DNA of 64,000 bases from assembly GCA_950097015.1 (NCBI GenBank), contig CATNEN010000038.1, positions 23,126,001 to 23,190,000 of the forward strand. Reading direction: 5' to 3'. Origin of the DNA: Macrostomum hystrix (taxonomy: Eukaryota; Animalia; Platyhelminthes). The notes under the pieces were generated by a model that saw only the letters and a list, made by a program, of their open reading frames with translations, was not told where the DNA came from and did no database searches. A program made the translations under genes and the position numbers. Each line of letters opens with the position of its first letter. The stretch's first letter is position 1. Positions 38,971 to 51,422 of the stretch are shown piece by piece.

Positions 38971-39235
38971 ACAATTGTTTTTGCTGCACCTGAATTGAGC
39001 AATGCAAGCACGCGAAACTCCAGAACATGGGCTTACTTGTTACCCATGTCATCTTTCATAGTGTCATCTTCTATTGTCGTCATATTCAACGGTTCTGGTA
39101 TAAGGTCCAGCAGCTCCGTCTAGATAAATGTCGGTGACCACCGAAGTTGGAGATGATGCAGGCACATTCGGGTGACGTGCTGTTAAAAATTGAAATGCTT
39201 GCATTGCTCCGTTCAGGTGCAACAAAAATATTTGT
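38971..39235. mobile_element. MITE-like element with ~40-bp terminal inverted repeats
   Basis: acaattgtttttgctgcacctgaattgagcaatgcaagca (38971) versus tgcttgcattgctccgttcaggtgcaacaaaaatatttgt (39196-39235). Confidence 0.65.
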
Positions 39236-39874
39236 CATTGGTAGTTCTACTGTTTATTGTTATTATTATAGCCACAGACTATAAGGGCTCTAGCCATGGA
39301 TCATTGTATTGCAAACTAGGTCAGATTGAGACATCATCAACCCTTTGAGACCTGTGGTTATAGAAGCCCGGTACTCAACGAATTCGCCAAAAAAGCATCA
39401 TGAAAGCAATTTATTGTTAATTTTAATGATGCATAAAATCACTAACTCTTGTTATTTTAATTGCCCCTACTTCCAGGCTTGCGTCTTTGAGACAATAATG
39501 TTTAACACGTGATTGTTTTGCTATTTAGCACAATTTGATTCCACTGCATGTCATGATGTACAATCACAATATTTACGAGACGTAACAAAAGTGTATAAAA
39601 TTAATTGCATGTTAAATTAAAAGGAAATTATTCCGTTTTTACGCTTTTCTGAAGCATATTAGCCTCTGTTTGTCTAAAGTGTTTGATTAACTTGTGCCAT
39701 TAAGAAATCAAATTTATTTCCTGTTGTTAGAGAGCGAAAATATTTTTTCTTTTCGTCGAATATTTTCTCTATAAATAAATTTGACGCAAAATATTTACTC
39801 CATTAAACATGAAGCTTTTATTTCTGATAATTTATTTCTTCTCATTGTCTTAGTTTAGTCTTGTAGTTCAAATG

Positions 39875-40332
39875 ATATAGCTTTTGCCATTAAATCTCAG
39901 TGTTTTGTCATTCGTACTCAGCACCCATAGAATTAATCCAGCCAGTTGGCGCCGTTTGGCCCATAGACTATCGCTCTGTGCCATTCAATCTCGGGTTTTG
40001 TCATTCAAACTCAGGCTTTAATGTGGATAAGGAATGTGGATAAGGAATGAACAGGTTATTATTCCTCAGCTGGGCTCATGTAACACAGGACCGAAAAACA
40101 GACTTGTTAAACTTGTTAAACATAATGCAGTTCATACACATTACAAGTCAAACACCTCTAGCATCATGGTGAGGAACATACGGATTTTAGCGGAATGTCT
40201 TAGTCTGACAACCCGAGATTGAATGGCACAGAGCGATAGTCTATGGGCCAAACCACGCCAACTGGCTGGATTAATTCTATGGGGGCTGAGTATGAATGAC
40301 AAAACACTGAGATTGAATGGCAAAAGCTATAT
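39875..40332. mobile_element. MITE with ~130-bp terminal inverted repeats and TA-rich ends
   Basis: atatagcttttgccattaaatctcagtgttttgtcattc...gggttttgtca is mirrored by tgacaacccgagattgaatggc...gattgaatggcaaaagctatat. There is no internal ORF. Confidence 0.85.
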
Positions 40333-40812
40333 TAGCATCATAGTATTTAAAGTTCAAAACTAGTTTTTGTACTTTTATTAAGCTTAAACTTAAAAAGAAT
40401 GCGCCTATAGAAAATGAAGTTAATTAGTATGTAGAGCGGTTTATAAGAAATTGGCTCTTATTAGCTCTTTATGAGAAACAGCGGGCGGCTTGGGCGAAGT
40501 TGGTTTGCTGGTTGCAACCAACCCCTCTTTATCGATCGTGCCACGCCATTTTGCTAATTAACTGCTTAATAAGGAACTGTGTGGTAGAGCAATGGTTGCT
40601 TAAGCTGTGGTAGAGTTTTTTTAACAGCAGTGTCAGAACAGGAGCGTAGGTTTAAAAACAAAAACCACACTTAAATTCTTACATTGAGTTTGATTTCTCC
40701 AAAATTAAGTTTAAATATAGAAAAATGCAGCGGTTTGTAGCTCAGTGGTTCGAGATTCTAACCGTAGGGTCAAGGGAAGCAATTTTTTCTAAACAGGAGT
40801 ACATTATTTTTT

Positions 40813-41500
40813 TGATACTCCCAGATCCTCAATACTCCCAGATCCTCAATGCTCCAAGATCCTCAATGCTCCCAGATCCTCAATGCTCCCAGATCCTTAA
40901 TTCTCCCAGATCCTCAATACTCTCAGGTCCTTCATTCTCCCAGATCCTCAATGCTCCCAGATCCTTAATTCTCCCAGATCCTCAATACTCTCAGGTCCTT
41001 CATTCTCCCAGATCCTCAATGCTCCTAGATCCCCAATACTCCCAGATCCTCAATACTCCCAGATCTTCAATACTCCCAGATCCTCAATACTCCCAGATCT
41101 TCAATACTCCCAGATCCGCAATACTTCCAGATCCTCAATACTTCCAGATCCTCAATACTCTCAGATCTTCAATACTCCCAGATCCGCAATACTTCCAGAT
41201 CCTCAATACTTCCAGATCCTCAATACTCTCAGATCCTCAATGCTCTCAGATCCTTAATACTCCCAGATCCTCAATACTTCCAGATCCTCAATACTTCCAG
41301 ATCCTCAATACTCTCAGATCTTCAATACTTCCAGATCCTCAATACTTCCAGATCCTCAATACTCTCAGATCTTCAATACTCCCAGATCCGCAATACTTCC
41401 AGATCCTCAATACTTCCAGATCCTCAATACTCTCAGATCCTCAATGCTCTCAGATCCTTAATACTCCCAGATCCTCAATACTCCCAGATCCTCAATACTT
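40813..41500. repeat. 17-bp minisatellite tactcccagatcctcaa, ~40 copies
   Basis: Direct reading; the spurious ORF 40725-41561 has a 17-aa period. Confidence 0.95.
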
Positions 41501-41576
41501 TAGATTCGGATTATATTCGAGAATGAAAAACTTAATTTATAATACATGTGTTACAATATAATCTGTTGGCGTCACT

Positions 41577-42761
41577 TTACTGCCGTCCAATAGTTTCCAT
41601 GAGCTTCATCCTGGACATAGCCAATGCGCATCTATCTTCGTTGTCCATGTGTTGGAATATGTGGCTGCTTTCAATGCGTTCGACACTCCAGCTCGTTAGT
41701 CGACTAAGGCAGACCGCTTCCAGGTGCCGGCAATTGTAGGTGCGCGCCAGTGCGTAGCCCTCCATTGGGCAGGATCGATCAGGTTCCTGCTCGGCGTTGG
41801 TTTCCACGCCGCTTTGCCACTGTGTGTAGGAATGAACTAACAATTCCTCGGCCGTCTCCTTAATGTGATCAATCTGGTATTCGTCGGCCAGAACCAAGAT
41901 GGCTGGTGCTATTCTTAAACTAAGTCTATGCGGCGTTGCCGGTTGTAACAGTTGCAGCAGTTCTTCCACTTCTGTTGCAGATTTGCCCGGAAGTTTAATT
42001 AATTTTCGCCCACAACCTGTGCTAGCAGGCATGCTGCTTGCCTCTCGATAGTTTTCGTCATCATTGACAACCAGGCTCGCTTGGCTTATTATCCTAGCAA
42101 ATACCGGGGATGCCATTGTCAGCAAGTCGCTAAACGTGTACAATCGCCTGTCTTCAACTTCCACTATCAGATTACAGTCCGGATGGTGTCCGACTTCTGT
42201 CAGCACCGCTTTGCAACGCGTCTTTCTCGGACTGGCACCGTCTGGACTAGTCTGGCTAGACTGGCTAGTGTAGTGCTGATTCTCAGGCGGGTACCAGTCA
42301 ATGTGGACTAGATCGAAATCCACCAGGATTCTATACCGATCTTTATAGGTAGCGTCGTGTTGCACCAGATCTTTGCGTACCCAAAACAGTGTCGCTTCGC
42401 ATTTGTTACTCCAAACGCTGAGCTTGGATTGAAACGTCAATTCTTTCCATGCGCTTTCCTTACACAGATACTTGCAGCGCAGCAATAGATGACAAGCTTT
42501 CAGTGGGAACACAGTTTTTACTTTTAGATGAAAGAATCTCTTCTGACCATCAACTGAGCAGTGCATTGCGCATACAAGATTTTCTGAGGCTGACTTTAGC
42601 TCTCGGGCTTCGATTTCTTCAGTTAGGGGCGGATTCAACGAAAAGTCAATTAGTCGCTTAGCTGTGCACCTGCTTCCATCGTTTGGCACGTAAAATTGCG
42701 TTTGCAACGGTCGCAAGAAGGTGGTCAATAGTCGACTTTCTTCGTGCTGCCGGCAGCCCAT
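41577..42761 (-). CDS. Intronless BTB/POZ-domain protein (394 aa), possibly with a divergent MATH-like N-terminal region; probable Cul3 adaptor
   Basis: DCNLIVEVEDRRLYTFSDLLTMASPVFARII...IKLPGKSATEVEELLQLL...ILVLADEYQIDHIKETAEELL...LARTYNCRHLEAVCL is the BTB plus BACK-like pattern. The MATH assignment is weak. Confidence 0.8.
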   Translation of the reverse strand: MGCRQHEESRLLTTFLRPLQTQFYVPNDGSRCTAKRLIDFSLNPPLTEEIEARELKSASENLVCAMHCSVDGQKRFFHLKVKTVFPLKACHLLLRCKYLCKESAWKELTFQSKLSVWSNKCEATLFWVRKDLVQHDATYKDRYRILVDFDLVHIDWYPPENQHYTSQSSQTSPDGASPRKTRCKAVLTEVGHHPDCNLIVEVEDRRLYTFSDLLTMASPVFARIISQASLVVNDDENYREASSMPASTGCGRKLIKLPGKSATEVEELLQLLQPATPHRLSLRIAPAILVLADEYQIDHIKETAEELLVHSYTQWQSGVETNAEQEPDRSCPMEGYALARTYNCRHLEAVCLSRLTSWSVERIESSHIFQHMDNEDRCALAMSRMKLMETIGRQ

Positions 42762-43798
42762 TGCTTTTAATGGAATTTTCCAATGTGTTCTGTGCGAGGC
42801 GCGGTCTCTCTGTCTGTATTATTGGGAATGATCTAGCAAATTCATATTATTATATAGACGCAGGCCTTTTTCTTGCTTCAAAAGAGCTTCGTCCAATCAT
42901 TCTCTTTCATTGGCTTGGGTACTAAAGCTAGGCTTAATTAATTTATCCCATCTAGAGCCTCTATTCTGCTAACGCTGATATGCCCCTAAGTAATAAAACA
43001 CCGCGGATCACACCAGAATAATAGAAGTACGTAGCGGTGACCCTCTTATCAGTCTCTGCGTGGCTCTACTGCTATCGTGATTTACCGAAACAGAAAATTT
43101 GGATGTGAGTTCCGAAATGTTGACTAGTTACTAGAGTTGCTTGCCTGCGTGCTTTAAACTAGTGTTTATGGATAGTAAATTAAAACTATAGAGAAGCATA
43201 TAGGACGTTGTGTAATCATTTTTGCTTGAAACTGACATGCTCAGACATATAGGAGACAACTGCTTTAGGATAGATAAATTTCATACTTTCCGGTCAGAAT
43301 CCTAAATCTAATTTAGCATGATTCAGCCCAGCATCCTAAAAGCTTATTAGTCATTCTGTTTGCTTTTTATATTCACTGACTCTTGGATCGTACACGTAGC
43401 TTAACATATTGTATCCAGTTTTCTAGTATAAACTAACTGAAGTCTGATAGCATCCGAATACAGACCGCAAGATATATGACACTTTCCGTTAATAGTGATA
43501 AAACGGTCATGAAAGTACGATCATAAGTGTAGATCATTACACGATTGACTGAATTCTAAAATATGATCTTACAAATTTTAGCATTTCACAATCAACTGAC
43601 ATCAATCCAGCCCCCCCACCAATGGAACATAAAACAACAAAAATATTTCGCCCAACTACTCGCATTTACAATAATGAATGTTACTAAAAATACTTTCTGA
43701 TAAATTTCAGCTTGATTCACCTGTCTGTCAATCAAGTCGCTGAGTTAATTAAATTTAAACACTTGTTTGCTTGTTTTCTAAGCTTCATTTAATAGCCG

Positions 43799-45987
43799 AT
43801 GTCCTATTCGGTTCGCATGCCAACTATGGACGCCAGTTGTACGCTAATAGTGCACGCCTTATCGCGTGACACCACGCCGGATTGGCTAGCCAATCAGATG
43901 GCTCGCTGGGGCCAAGTTGACCGCGTGCTACTGTGCCCGGATCCTGGCTATGTGCATCCGGACACTATGAGCTGCCTAGTTGGGCCACTGTGGGCCCTCG
44001 TTGCTTATGTAGACTCTAGCTCAGCAATGACCGCTCTGAGTTGCTGCACTGAAGCCAACGGTTTTAAACTTCGTCGCTACCGTTCGCCTACAGATCCGCC
44101 ATTGGACACAGATGAATCATTGCTCATGTTGCCGCAGGCTGCTGCTGCTGCTGCTGCTTCTGGTTCTGCACATTCATCCCTCACTGCCACATTAGAATCT
44201 CTGCGTGCTAAATGCGCCGATTTACAGGTGAGAATGAATTAGCTTTTGTATTTTATTTATCAGACATTAATCCCTAGATATTTACCATCAATCTCATGAA
44301 AGTACACTTGGCCGGTTGAATTAACAAATCATCTTCAAAAAGTGGCGTATAATTAGCTTTTGTATTCCTTAACAGGCTGAAAATCAGCGCCTAGCCAACC
44401 TTGTGTACGACAAGGACAAAGCCACCCGGCTACTATTGGCCAATGTTGAAGCCTGGAAGCAGAAGCTAGATTGCGTTGAGAAATGCAAAGCTCAGGATGT
44501 GCAGGGCCTGCAATCGATCGCTCAGGAATTGGACCGCATGGGCGAGCACCTCGTTGGCGATATTGGCAATATGCGAGCTCAACTGGATGAACGCAGAGCT
44601 GCCGAAATGGCTAATCAGGCCAGTTTGAGGCGACTACAGGAATTGGAGAGGGAGAATACTGCGCTGATCAACATACTGCAGGGTGAGTTGCCTTTCTCCA
44701 GCCCACCTCACTCCCTCCTCACACACCCAGTGTACATTGCCTGTCCAACCTCAAGCCCTCCTCACCCATTACCCAGTGTTCATAGCTGCCCCACTCCCTC
44801 TTCACCCACGACCCCAGTGTGCATAGCCTGCCCCAACCTCACTCCCTCCTCACCCACGACCCCAGTGTGCATAGCCTGCCCCAACCTCACTCCCTCCTCA
44901 CCCACGACCCCAGTGTGCATAGCCTGCCCCAACCTCACTCCCTCCTCACCCACGACCCCAGTGTGCATAGCCTGCCCCAACCTCACTCCCTCCTCACCCA
45001 CGACCCCAGTGTGTATAGCCTGCCCCAACCTCACTCCCTCCACACCCACGACCCCAGTGTGCATAGCCTGCCCCAACCTCACTCCCTCCTCACCCACGAC
45101 CCCAGTGTGCATAGCCTGCCCCAACCTCACTCCCTCCTCATCCTTCCTAATGTACGTGTCCTACCGAAATTTGATAATAATGAAATTAATAAAACCTGGT
45201 AAACTAAAATCATCCAGGTAAATGCAAGGATAATCCGCCACTTCTGCAGTTGCTAGCCTCACTGCAGACTGTTAAACAGGATCTCAGACTTCACGAAACT
45301 GAGCACACCCGCCTAACCTATCTGCTTGCCCAGCGTGAGAAGCAGTGCGGTCACGTGTCTAGTCGTCTAGCTGAGGCTAAATCACATCTGGAGCGCATGA
45401 TTTGGAATCATAGCGGCGGTGATATGCCGGTTTATAGTCAACAGGCGGCCGTCGTGCGCGAATTAGTTATTGAACGGGACCGAATCAAAGCTCAATTGAT
45501 TGCCATCTCTGTTGGTCGTGAACAGCTTCAGAATCGTTCTCTGCAGCAGCAGCATAAGCTCCCGACTCCGTCTCTGCCTCTGCCATCGCCGCTTCTGCCG
45601 CAGCAGCAGCCTGTGGTTCTTGTTGAACAACCTCGCGAGTCGCAGCCAAAACAGTCGCATCCTATTGGTGTCACAATCTTCGACGACAACGACGAGAACT
45701 GCGCCCCGACTGTTGACAAAGATGCATTTGTGGATAAGGAAAATTGTGCCAACCCTGCTAGCGGCACTGTCACACCGAAAGCTAAGAAGCCTCTACAGCC
45801 AATAGGATCCGGTAGACGGTCAAAGCTCGCTGCCAAGTCTGTCAACCCCGCCGCGGCCTCGCCAGCTCTGCCGGCTTCAACTAGCGAGTCGTCACCATCG
45901 ACCGCTTTGACCGCCGCTTTCAATCGGCTGACTGTTGGTGGCTCCGGTAGCGGGCGAGCGCCGTTTGGCTCGCTGCAGATTAATTAA
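43799..45987 (+). CDS. Uncharacterised RRM-like + coiled-coil protein with disordered C-terminus (~501 aa, 3 exons)
   Basis: Phase-consistent exons 43799-44227, 44376-44682 and 45218-45987. TLIVHALSRDTTPDWLANQMARWGQVDRVLL...WALVAY fits the RNP2/RNP1 layout, and the middle is heptad-rich. Confidence 0.75.
44700..45141. repeat. 48-bp minisatellite ccccaacctcactccctcctcacccacgaccccagtgtgcatagcctg, ~8 copies (intron 2)
   Basis: Direct reading. Confidence 0.9.
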
Positions 45988-46165
45988 CCGGTGGAAAGCT
46001 TGGCCAATATGGAAAAACTGTGACTCACATTTTCAAACGAAAAACAAATTAACTCATTGTTTTTCACATTTATTTTTATAAGCACTTAGTACTATAGTAT
46101 TCAAATAAGCTAGCGTTTAGCCGATGCAAATCCTACATTTGACTTTTAAGTATACAGTAAGAAAA

Positions 46166-47010
46166 CTGACTGACTTTCCTGTCAGGAGATTCTGAAACCT
46201 GACGGACTTTCCTGTCAGGAGATTCTAAATCCTGACAGACTTTCCTGTCAGGAGGTTCTGAAACCTGACAGACTTTCCTGTCAGGAGGTTCTGAAACCTG
46301 ACAGACTTTCCTGTCAGGAGGTTCTAAATCCTGACAGACTTTCCTGTCAGGAGGTTCTGAAACCTGACAGACTTTCCTGTCAGGAGGTTCTGAATCCTGA
46401 CAGACTTTCCTGTCAGGAGGTTCTGAAACCTGACAGACTTTCCTGTCAGGAGGTTCTGAAACCTGACAGACTTTCCTGTCAGGAGATTCTGAAACCTGAC
46501 AGACTTTCCTGTCAGGAGGTTCTGAAACCTGACAGACTTTCCTGTCAGGAGATTCTGAAATCTGAAAGACTTTCGTGTCAGGAGATTTTGAAACCTGACA
46601 GACTTTCCTGTCAGGAGATTCTAAATCCTGACAGACTTTCCTGTCAGGAGGTACTGAAACCTGACAGACTTTCCTGTCAGGAGATTCTGAAACCTGACGG
46701 ACTTTCCTGTCAGGAGATTCTGAAACCTGACAGACTTTCCTGTCAGGAGATTCTGAAATCTGACAGACTTTCCTGTCAGGAGGTTATGAAACCTGACAGA
46801 CTTTCTTGTCAGGAGGTTCTGAAACCTGACGGACTTTCCTGTCAGGAGGTTCTGAAATCTGACAGACTTTCCTGTCAGGAGGTTCTGAATCCTGACTGAC
46901 TTTCCTGTCAGGAGATTCTGAAATCTGACAGACTTTCGTGTCAGGAGATTTTGAATCCTGACAGACTTTCCTGTCAAGAGATTCTGAATCCTGACTGACC
47001 TTCTTGTCAG
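46166..47010. repeat. 33-bp minisatellite with an internal palindrome (aaacCTGACAGactttcCTGTCAGgaggttctg), ~25 copies
   Basis: Direct reading. cctgacag/ctgtcagg form an 8-bp stem with a 6-nt loop. Confidence 0.95.
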
Positions 47011-47996
47011 TCGAAAACTTTTAATTTAATTGTCGGATTGCTTCGGTCAATATTGAGCATTTTATACGATTTACTGCACTCAACTGCTTCATTTTGCATC
47101 TATCTGTGCTTTTTAATAAGTTTTCACTTTTATACTTTATAATTAAAAAGCTGATATTTTTGCTACAGCAATTTTTATACAGTTTTAACTCTAAAAATAT
47201 ATATTGTGTTCATTTTATAGTCTTTATAATCTACAAGTCGTATGTTCTTAATATTTATCCCATTTATAACTTTGTACGCACTGCTCACTTGTAAACATTT
47301 ATAAACTGTTAAACTGATTTATAAAATGTTGTGCTTCGTGTTTAATTTCACCTTATTACACAAATGAATGCATATATTTCTGGTCTTTGTTTTTATTGAT
47401 GTCTCATTAGACGAGCATAAGTTCAGGTTGATTATCTAAATAATGCACATTGCTCCCGAGTATTATGAATTGTTGATTGTAACAAAGTATTCATTTATTA
47501 GTTCATTTTCTTGATAAGTCCAGCAACAAAAATTCTGTTCTGATTTCATTCGGTTGCCTTCGGTGCAAATCAAATGCCAGGTTTTTTCATTTATCTGTCT
47601 CTGCACTTTTCGATTTTTAATGCGTTTTCAAATGCCTTGCAAAAATATTAACAGTCTCGCTAATCGTGACCGCCCGTTTAAATAAAAACAAATAAACCGA
47701 TTAATTCCATTTTGTCAGGTGTAATTACCTAATGGTACAATAAATTATTTTAACATTGAATATTGAGAACTTTGTCGATCCTTTGTTATTTTATTGTCAA
47801 ATTTCAGTGTCCTCTGACAAGTGTATGGATATAAAGACTGGATATAGCTCAACCTATTGATTGACATTTAAGTCAGTTCATATTTTTTGTACTCGTAAGT
47901 TCAGTATAACGATTGTGAATTATTTCTTAGTTCGTATTTTTAATCTCTTAGATATCGTAGTTCAAGTCTTTAAATACCAGATTCTTATTCCTTTTA

Positions 47997-48660
47997 AGGT
48001 CACATTTTCAGTCCATTCAACGTCATAGTTTAAGTCGTCGAGGTCACTTTTCAGTCCCTTCAACGTCATAGTTTAAGTCGTCGAGGTCACTTTTCAGTCC
48101 ATTCAACGTCATAGTTTAAGTCGTCGAGGTCACATTTTCAGTCCCTTCAACGTCATAGTTTAAGTCGTCGAGGTCACTTTTCAGTCCCTTCAACGTCATA
48201 GTTTAAGTCGTCGAGGTCACATTTTCAGTCCCTTCAATGTCATAGTTTAAGTCGTCAAGGTCACTTTTCAGTTCCTTCAATGTCATAGTTTAAGTCGTCG
48301 AGGTCACATTTTCAGTCCCTTCAACGTCATAGTTTAAGTCGTCAAGGTCACTTTTTCTGTCCCTTCAATATCATAGTTTAAGTCGTCAAGGTCACTTTTC
48401 AGTCCCTTCAATGTCATAGTTTAAGTCGTCAATGTCACTTTTTTCAGTCCCTTCAATTTCATAGTTCTAGTCGTCAAGGTCATATTTTTAATCCGTTCTA
48501 GGTCCTAGTTCTAATCGTCAAGGTCACATTTTTACTCCCTTCAAGGTCATCGTAGTCATCAAGGTTATATTTTTAGTCCTTTCAAGGCCACAATTTTAGT
48601 CGTCAAAGGTTACATGTTTAGACTTTTCAAGGTCAAAGTTATAGTCGTGTCAAGGCCAAA
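47997..48660. repeat. 43-44-bp minisatellite ggtcacattttcagtcccttcaacgtcatagtttaagtcgtcga, decaying rightwards
   Basis: About 11 clear copies. The unit is a dimer of two related ~22-bp halves. Confidence 0.9.
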
Positions 48661-48799
48661 ATTTTAATAGTCAAGGTCTTACATTAGGATTGCATTAAGA
48701 AGCAGTATTTTTATTAGTAGGTCATAAAAGTATTTCTCAATCATTAGAGCCATCACAATTTTTAGTTTGTCTAAACTCTACGATTGCAGACTGTAGAAA

Positions 48800-51422
48800 A
48801 TGAGTGCTCAAAAATCAGAAACCAATGCCTGGCAGAGCTCCAACAATCGACTTAGACAGAAGCGTAAAAAGAAATCTGCCGATTTTGATATCGGATCGCG
48901 CTTTCGCGAGGCGCAACTCCTGCTGGACGATTGTAATTTGACTTCACTTGTTGGAGCTCAGCTGCGTCAGGTGTTAACAGCAATTGCTGCTCAGCAGAGT
49001 GAACCGGCTGCCAGTTTGTTAGGCAGTTCAGTTTGCCTTGGCCTGGGATCGCCTAGCGACAGCCGCGATTCTCGCCTACAACTTGCCCTGTGGCTTGGGG
49101 TTGTGCGAGAGGTAGCCGCCTCCGCCGCTGCTCTTGCTGATGCCGCGGCGGATGAGTGAGTGATAATAATAATAATTGCAGGAGGGCTGCGGGCCATGGG
49201 ACATCATTCAGTGACACTAGACCCGCAGCCAGCGAGGGTGCGATTCTGCCCATTTCGCTGACTCCTGAGCACACACGCACACAGATACTGTACGCAGGCA
49301 TACGCTCACACAGGTGTGTACATCTGCCCTGACTTTCTCATCGTCACTCTCACTGTGCCTTGGAGGTTTGCTCTCAAGGGCGTAAATTGCACGACTATGG
49401 TCTAGGGTACTCGTCGGAGCATTGTTGAGTGTATTTACATTGGAAAGTGTTCTCGTCGGAGCATTGTTGAGTGTGTTTGTACATTGGAAAGTGTCCTCGT
49501 CGGAGCATTGTTGAGTGTGTTTATACATTGGAAAGTGTTCTCGTCGGAGCATTGTTGAGTGTGTTTGTACATTGGAAAGTGTCCTCGTCGGAGCATTGTT
49601 GAGTGTGTTTGTACATTGGAAAGTGTCCTCGTCGGAGCATTTTTGAGTGTGTTTGTACATTGGAAAGTGTTCTCGTCGGAGCATTGTTGAGTGTATTTAC
49701 ATTGGAAAGTGTTCTCGTCGGAGCATTGTTGAGTGTGTTTGTACATTGGAAAGTGTCCTCGTCGGAGCATTGTTGAGTGTGTTTGTACATTGGAAAGTGT
49801 CCTCGTCGGAGCATTGTTGAGTGTGTTTGTACATTGGAAAGTGTTCTCATTGGAGCATTGTTGAGTGTGTTTGTACATTGGAAAGTGTCCTCGTCGGAGC
49901 ATTGTTGAGTGTGTTTATACATTGGAAAGTGTTCTCGTCGGAGCATTGTTGAGTGTGTTTGTACATTGGAAAGTGTCCTCGTCGGAGCATTGTTGAGTGT
50001 GTTTATACATTGGAAAGTGTTCTCGTCGGAGCATTGTTGAGTGTGTTTGTACATTGGAAAGTGTCCTCGTCGGAGCATTGTTGAGTGTGTTTGTACATTG
50101 GAAAGTGTCCTCGTCGGAGCATTTTTGAGTGTGTTTGTACATTGGAAAGTGTTCTCGTCGGAGCATTGTTGAGTGTATTTACATTGGAAAGTGTTCTCGT
50201 CGGAGCATTGTTGAGTGTGTTTGTACATTGGAAAGTGTCCTCGTCGGAGCATTGTTGAGTGTGTTTGTACATTGGAAAGTGTCCTCGTCGGAGCATTGTT
50301 GAGTGTGTTTGTACATTGGAAAGTGTTCTCATTGGAGCATTGTTGAGTGTGTTTGTACATTGGAAAGTGTCCTCGTCGGAGCATTGTTGAGTGTGTTTAT
50401 ACATTGGAAAGTGTTCTCGTCGGAGCATTGTTGAGTGTGTTTGTACATTGGAAAGTGTCCTCGTCGGAGCATTGTTGAGTGTGTTTATACATTGGAAAGT
50501 GTTCTCGTCGGAGCATTGTTGAGTGTGTTTGTACATTGGAAAGTGTTCTCGTCGGAGCATTGTTGAGTGTGTTTATACATTGGAAAGTGTTCTCATTGGA
50601 GCATTGTTGAGTGTGTTTGTACATTGGAAAGTGTTCTCATTGGAGCATTGTTGAGTGTGTTTGTACATTGGAAAGTGTTCTCGTCGGAGCATTGTTGAGT
50701 GTGTTTGTACATTGGAAAGTGTTCTCGTCGGGGCATTGTTGAGTGTGTTTGTACATTGGAAAGTGTTCTCGTCGGAGCATTGTTGAGTGTGTTTGTACAT
50801 TGGAAAGTGTTCTCGTCGGAGCATTGTTGAGTGTGTTTGTACATTGGAAAGTGTTCTCATTGGAGCATTGTTGAGTGTGTCTCCGGGCGTCATCATCACC
50901 CGCAGCAAAATCTCGAGTCCCATTCTAGTGGCCAGCGATCCAGTCTTCACTAACGAGGATCGTCAACTACTGCTCAGCCAGGGCATTGTTGTGGCCGACT
51001 CCACAGCAGACCTTTCATACGACAATCTGCCGAAGCCATGCCTAGCCTATTTGCCACATGCGCCAAATTTTCTTTTAAACAATGTACTTTATCAAAACTG
51101 GACCCGATCAGGCCTGACCGGCCTGGTGTTGCTAGGCAACAGTTTGGCTAGCCTTAAAACCAATCTGGCCGGTCCTGTGCTGCGCAAGCTGGCTTACATT
51201 GAAGCCGCGGTTGAGATTTGCTCAGAATCTGGCAATGGAACTTTTGTTAATCGCGGCGACGATTTTTTTACGGCTTTTAACGATCTTAGCCTGCAGTGGT
51301 TTCCACGGCCTGATGCGAACTGGCTGAATGACATCCGATCGAAAATTGGCGAGCCCTACTACTCTGATGCTGACGAACGCTTGAGAGATTTACTGGGACT
51401 GTCCTCTCAGTCTACTGACTGA
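48800..51422 (+). CDS. SRRD: SRR1-like protein (sensitivity to red light reduced domain), ~290 aa, 2 exons
   Basis: Exons 48800-49155 and 50906-51422 join in phase 2 (GA|gtgagt ... cag|C). Motifs VCLGLGS...QLA, DPVF, YLPHA...LNNVLYQNW, LVLLGNSL and AFNDLSLQWF are those of the SRR1 family. Confidence 0.88.
49162..49400 (-). mobile_element. SINE family 1 copy (SRRD intron)
   Basis: Reverse complement of the family-1 body. The (aat)n tail abuts the splice donor. Confidence 0.75.
49410..50880. repeat. 44-bp minisatellite ctcgtcggagcattgttgagtgtgtttgtacattggaaagtgtt, ~33 copies, 482-bp higher-order repeat
   Basis: Direct reading. 42-bp variants recur, and matching spurious ORFs start at 49902 and 50384. 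Confidence 0.95.

Noticed and set aside
44237-44366. 16-bp direct repeat aattagcttttgtatt flanking ~98 bp in an intron
   Set aside because: It could be a TSD, but the enclosed sequence has no element hallmarks or second copy.
44683-45217. Cys-rich CIAC repeat read-through in ORF 44403-45221
   Set aside because: It lies between a strong gtgagt donor and a phase-matched acceptor, so it is an intronic minisatellite. The same applies to PIVTLPI (55030-55545) and the 5' part of ORF 50787.
46166-47010. CRISPR-like array of palindromic 33-bp repeats
   Set aside because: The units are contiguous with no unique spacers, there are no cas genes, and the context is eukaryotic.
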